Shown: positions 61,415 to 64,000 of the stretch, piece after piece
Numbering within the stretch: the first letter of the stretch is position 1
Layout of the letters: the number at the start of each line of letters is the position of its first letter
Assembly (NCBI GenBank): GCA_963791455.1
Contig: CAWBSM010000003.1
Coordinates: 575,068 to 639,067, forward strand
From: an uncultured Acidimicrobiaceae bacterium
Lineage (GTDB): Bacteria; Actinomycetota; Acidimicrobiia; Acidimicrobiales; RAAP-2
Direction of reading: 5' to 3'
DNA: 64,000 nucleotides
Made by a program: the position numbers and the translations under genes
The notes under the pieces: model-generated
What the model was told of the DNA's origin: nothing
The model's input: only the letters and a program-made list of their open reading frames with translations
Databases searched by the model: none

Positions 61415-62457
61415 GCGCGTACTCCCTCCAGCTCGTGACGGCCGGTGCCAGTCGCCCCGCGTTCCTCACCCGCGCCGGGACCACCGTCGCCCGACCCGTC
61501 CGCGTCGCCCGGCTCGTCGATGTGTCCGCCCGTGAGCGAGAAGAAGACGTCGTCCAACGACGGCTGGCGCACCTCGATGTTGTCCACCAGCACCCCCGCC
61601 CCGTCGAGCGCTCGCACGACCGCGGTCGCCAACCCGCTCGACGCGTCGACGCCCGCATTGAGCCGCCGGCCGTCCTCGCTCACGTAGACCTGCCCGGACA
61701 CCAGCGACGCAATGGCTCCGACCGCCGACGGGTGCGGCTCCGTCAATGTCACTTCGAGACGGGCGCTGCGGCTCGCCTCCTTGAGCTCTTGCGGCGTCCC
61801 CTCGGCGATGACCCGACCGTGGTCCACCACGACGATGCGGTTGGCCAATGCGTCGGCCTCCTCGAGGTACTGCGTCGTCAGCAGCACGGTGACGCCCTCC
61901 CGGAGCAGCTCCCGGATGGCCTCCCACACCCGCTGGCGGCTCGTCGGGTCGAGCCCGGTCGTCGGTTCGTCCAGGAACAAGACGGGCGGTCGCGTGATCA
62001 GCGCGCCGGCCAGATCCAGTCGTCGGCGCATGCCTCCCGAGTAGCCCTTGACGACCCGGTCGGCGGCGTCGGTCAGCTCGAACAACGACAGCAGCTCGGC
62101 CGCCCGGGACCGGGAGGCGGCCCGGCCCATGTCGGACAACTCGCCGATCAACACGAGGTTCTGGCGACCGGTCAACAGCGGATCGAGCGTCGCGTCCTGG
62201 GCGGCCACCCCGATGTGCCGCCGCACCTCACCGGGCTGCTTCACCACGTCGATGCCGGCTACCGAGCCCCGGCCCGCATCGGGCAGCGCCAAGGTCGTCA
62301 GGATCCGCACGGCGGTCGTCTTCCCCGCACCGTTCGGGCCGAGCAGCCCGAGGATGGTGCCCGCAGGGACCGAGAAGGAGACGCCGGCCAGGGCCTGGGT
62401 CTCGCCGTAGCGCTTCGTCAGGCCCTCGGCTTCGATCATCACCTCAGCACTACCCAT
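61411..62457 (-). CDS. ABC transporter ATP-binding protein (DrrA-like)
   Basis: Has [20 protein letters not shown] and LFLDEPTTGLD, plus a Gly/Asp-rich C-terminal tail. Confidence 0.92.
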   Translation of the reverse strand: MGSAEVMIEAEGLTKRYGETQALAGVSFSVPAGTILGLLGPNGAGKTTAVRILTTLALPDAGRGSVAGIDVVKQPGEVRRHIGVAAQDATLDPLLTGRQNLVLIGELSDMGRAASRSRAAELLSLFELTDAADRVVKGYSGGMRRRLDLAGALITRPPVLFLDEPTTGLDPTSRQRVWEAIRELLREGVTVLLTTQYLEEADALANRIVVVDHGRVIAEGTPQELKEASRSARLEVTLTEPHPSAVGAIASLVSGQVYVSEDGRRLNAGVDASSGLATAVVRALDGAGVLVDNIEVRQPSLDDVFFSLTGGHIDEPGDADGSGDGGPGAGEERGATGTGRHELEGVRA

Positions 62458-62463
62458 GGTTTC

Positions 62464-62533
62464 CTTACCTGTCGGTCAGTAGACTTACCCGTCAGAAGCA
62501 TCGTACGAGCGTACTTACCTGTCGTCAAGTAGA
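62464..62533. promoter_or_regulatory. three direct repeats CTTACC(T/C)GTC in the divergent ABC/TetR promoter region (candidate operator array)
   Basis: R1 is 62464 CTTACCTGTCGGTCAGTAGA. R2 is 62484 CTTACCCGTCAG. R3 is 62514 CTTACCTGTCGTCAAGTAGA. A TACGagCGTA palindrome lies between R2 and R3. Confidence 0.5.
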
Positions 62534-62544
62534 GTCGAGAAAGA

Positions 62545-63192
62545 ATGTCCCAGACAGCACCCACTCACGCAGACAGCGAACACGCACCAGAACCGACTCT
62601 TGTCGACGCCGTCCCCGTCATCGACGCCGTCCCCGACCCGATCCCCGACACCCGCCAGCGCATCCTCGATGTGGCGCTCGACCTCTTCACCGAGCAAGGG
62701 TTCGACGGCACCAGCCTGCGGCAGATCGCCGAGCAGCTCGGCGTTACCAAGGCGGCCCTCTATTACCACTTCGAGTCGAAGGACGACATCCTCATGGCGC
62801 TGCACCTGCGCTTGCACGAGTTCGGCAAGGACTCGCTCAAGCAGATGGGGGAGGGCCCGGTCACCCTGGAGCTGTGGGGTGAGCTCCTCGACCAGATCGT
62901 CGACCAAATGCTGGCCCAGCGGAAGATCTTCCTCATGCACGAGCGGAACCAGGCCGCCCTCGAGAAGCTGCACCGCAAGGACCACGAGGCCGAGCACGAA
63001 GATCTCCAGAACCAGTTCCGCGTGGTGCTGGCCGACACGCGGGTGCCCTTGGAGGACCGGGTGCGCATGGCCGCTTCCTTCGGCGTCGTGTTCTCGAGTC
63101 TCTTCCTCTCCGGCGACGCCTTCTCTTCGACGACCAACGACGAATTGGCGGGCATGCTCCGCAACGTGATCCACAACGTCCTGCGAGGATGA
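62545..63192 (+). CDS. TetR family transcriptional regulator
   Basis: TRQRILDVALDLFTEQGFDGTSLRQIAEQLGVTKAALYYHFESKDDIL. Confidence 0.92.
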   Translation: MSQTAPTHADSEHAPEPTLVDAVPVIDAVPDPIPDTRQRILDVALDLFTEQGFDGTSLRQIAEQLGVTKAALYYHFESKDDILMALHLRLHEFGKDSLKQMGEGPVTLELWGELLDQIVDQMLAQRKIFLMHERNQAALEKLHRKDHEAEHEDLQNQFRVVLADTRVPLEDRVRMAASFGVVFSSLFLSGDAFSSTTNDELAGMLRNVIHNVLRG

Positions 63193-64000
63193 CGGGGCCG
63201 GTTCCGCCGGAATCGAATCAACCCAACCTGGCTAGAGTTCCAGCAGTGACGGAGACCTCCACGAGCTCGACGCACGACCACCCGCTCACGCTCTCCTTCG
63301 ACATCGGCGGCACCGGGTTGAAGGCCGACATCTTGGACAAGGATGGCGAGTTCGCGGCTGAGCGGGTGAGGGTCCCCACCACCTACCCGATGCCGCCCGA
63401 CACGTTGGTGGTCACTCTGACGCAGCTGGCGGCGAAGCTTCCGACGGCCGACCGCATCTCCGCCGGCTTTCCGGGCATGGTGCGCGGCGGCCACGTGCTC
63501 AGCGCGCCCCACTTCGTGACCGAGAAGGGCCCCGGAACCAAGGTCGTCCCGGAGCTGGTGAAGGCGTGGGCCGATTTCGATCTGGCCCATGCCCTGGCGC
63601 ACTCCATCGGGAAGCCGTGTCGCGTGGCCAACGACGCCGACGTCCAGGGCGCCGCCGTGGTGGGTGGCTGGGGCTTCGAGGCCGTGGTCACCCTCGGCAC
63701 CGGCGTGGGCACGGCCTTCTTCATGAACGGCGGGCTGATGCCCCACCTGGAGTTCTCCCACGTCGAGTTTCGCAAGGGGGAGACCTTCAACGAGCAGCTC
63801 GGCGAACCGGCGCGCAAGAAGATCGGCGACAAGAAGTGGAACGATCGGGTGCGCAAGATGATCGCCTATCTCGACACGCTGACCTTCTTCGACCACCTGT
63901 ACATCGGTGGCGGCAACGCGCCCCGCATCAACCGGCGCGACTTGGGCCAGGTGCTCGAGCGCATCACGGTGGTGGACAACAAAGCCGGCATCCTTGGCGG
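63189..64000 (+). CDS. ppgK: ROK-family polyphosphate glucokinase-like protein, N-terminal part (runs off the right edge)
   Basis: Hand translation gives ...LTLSFDIGGTGLKADILDKDGEF...ISAGFPGMVRGGHVLSAPHF...PCRVANDADVQGAAVV...VTLGTGVGTAFFMNGGLMPHLEFSH...YIGGGNA, open to base 64000 and not in the ORF track. ATG 63189 overlaps the TetR stop (ATGA). GTG 63246 is an alternative start. Confidence 0.8.
   Translation, partial: MTGPVPPESNQPNLARVPAVTETSTSSTHDHPLTLSFDIGGTGLKADILDKDGEFAAERVRVPTTYPMPPDTLVVTLTQLAAKLPTADRISAGFPGMVRGGHVLSAPHFVTEKGPGTKVVPELVKAWADFDLAHALAHSIGKPCRVANDADVQGAAVVGGWGFEAVVTLGTGVGTAFFMNGGLMPHLEFSHVEFRKGETFNEQLGEPARKKIGDKKWNDRVRKMIAYLDTLTFFDHLYIGGGNAPRINRRDLGQVLERITVVDNKAGILG

Noticed and set aside
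62464-62533. Direct repeats as a mini-CRISPR array
   Set aside because: There are only three 10-20-bp copies with irregular 0-14-bp spacing in a promoter spacer, and no cas genes are in the window.

Overview
This is a visibly high-GC (not computed), actinobacterial-type chromosomal segment that is almost fully coding. I support about 60 protein genes. I found no rRNA, tRNA, CRISPR array, transposase or prophage. Many track ORFs are Arg/Pro/Gly/Ala-rich 'shadow' ORFs antisense to or overlapping real genes, and I did not call them.

Gene content:
- CoA-thioester/lipid catabolism dominates: 3 acyl-CoA dehydrogenases (one fused two-domain), 2 acyl-CoA synthetases, family-III CoA-transferases (one tandem-fused), a crotonase, TesB, SDRs, alpha/beta hydrolases, 2 PhyH dioxygenases, a P450, and 6 luciferase-like (probably F420/flavin) oxidoreductases.
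- Three DrrAB-type ABC exporters.
- A Liv-type uptake system with a triple-fused permease-permease-ATPase gene.
- An NRAMP-related transporter with a non-canonical metal site behind a structured leader.
- A DUF222/HNH gene next to a decayed P450 remnant.
- An orphan PD-(D/E)xK nuclease/DUF4268 gene.
- Two edge-truncated genes missing from the ORF track: an APC permease at the left edge and a ROK/polyphosphate glucokinase at the right edge.

Most interesting observations:
1. Two divergent, partly mirrored operons (20274..30602 minus, 30705..40430 plus) share one palindromic control region. Each carries an APH-type kinase plus an uncharacterised CrtC/AttH-like protein among acyl-CoA enzymes. This may be a hydroxyacyl-CoA phosphorylation-type pathway of unknown substrate.
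2. An AT-rich palindromic box with core AG(T/G)ATCCT recurs in at least 8 intergenic regions.
3. Several genes look leaderless.
4. Two genes carry apparent single-base frameshifts.

All functional calls come from motif recognition by eye. No database search was possible.
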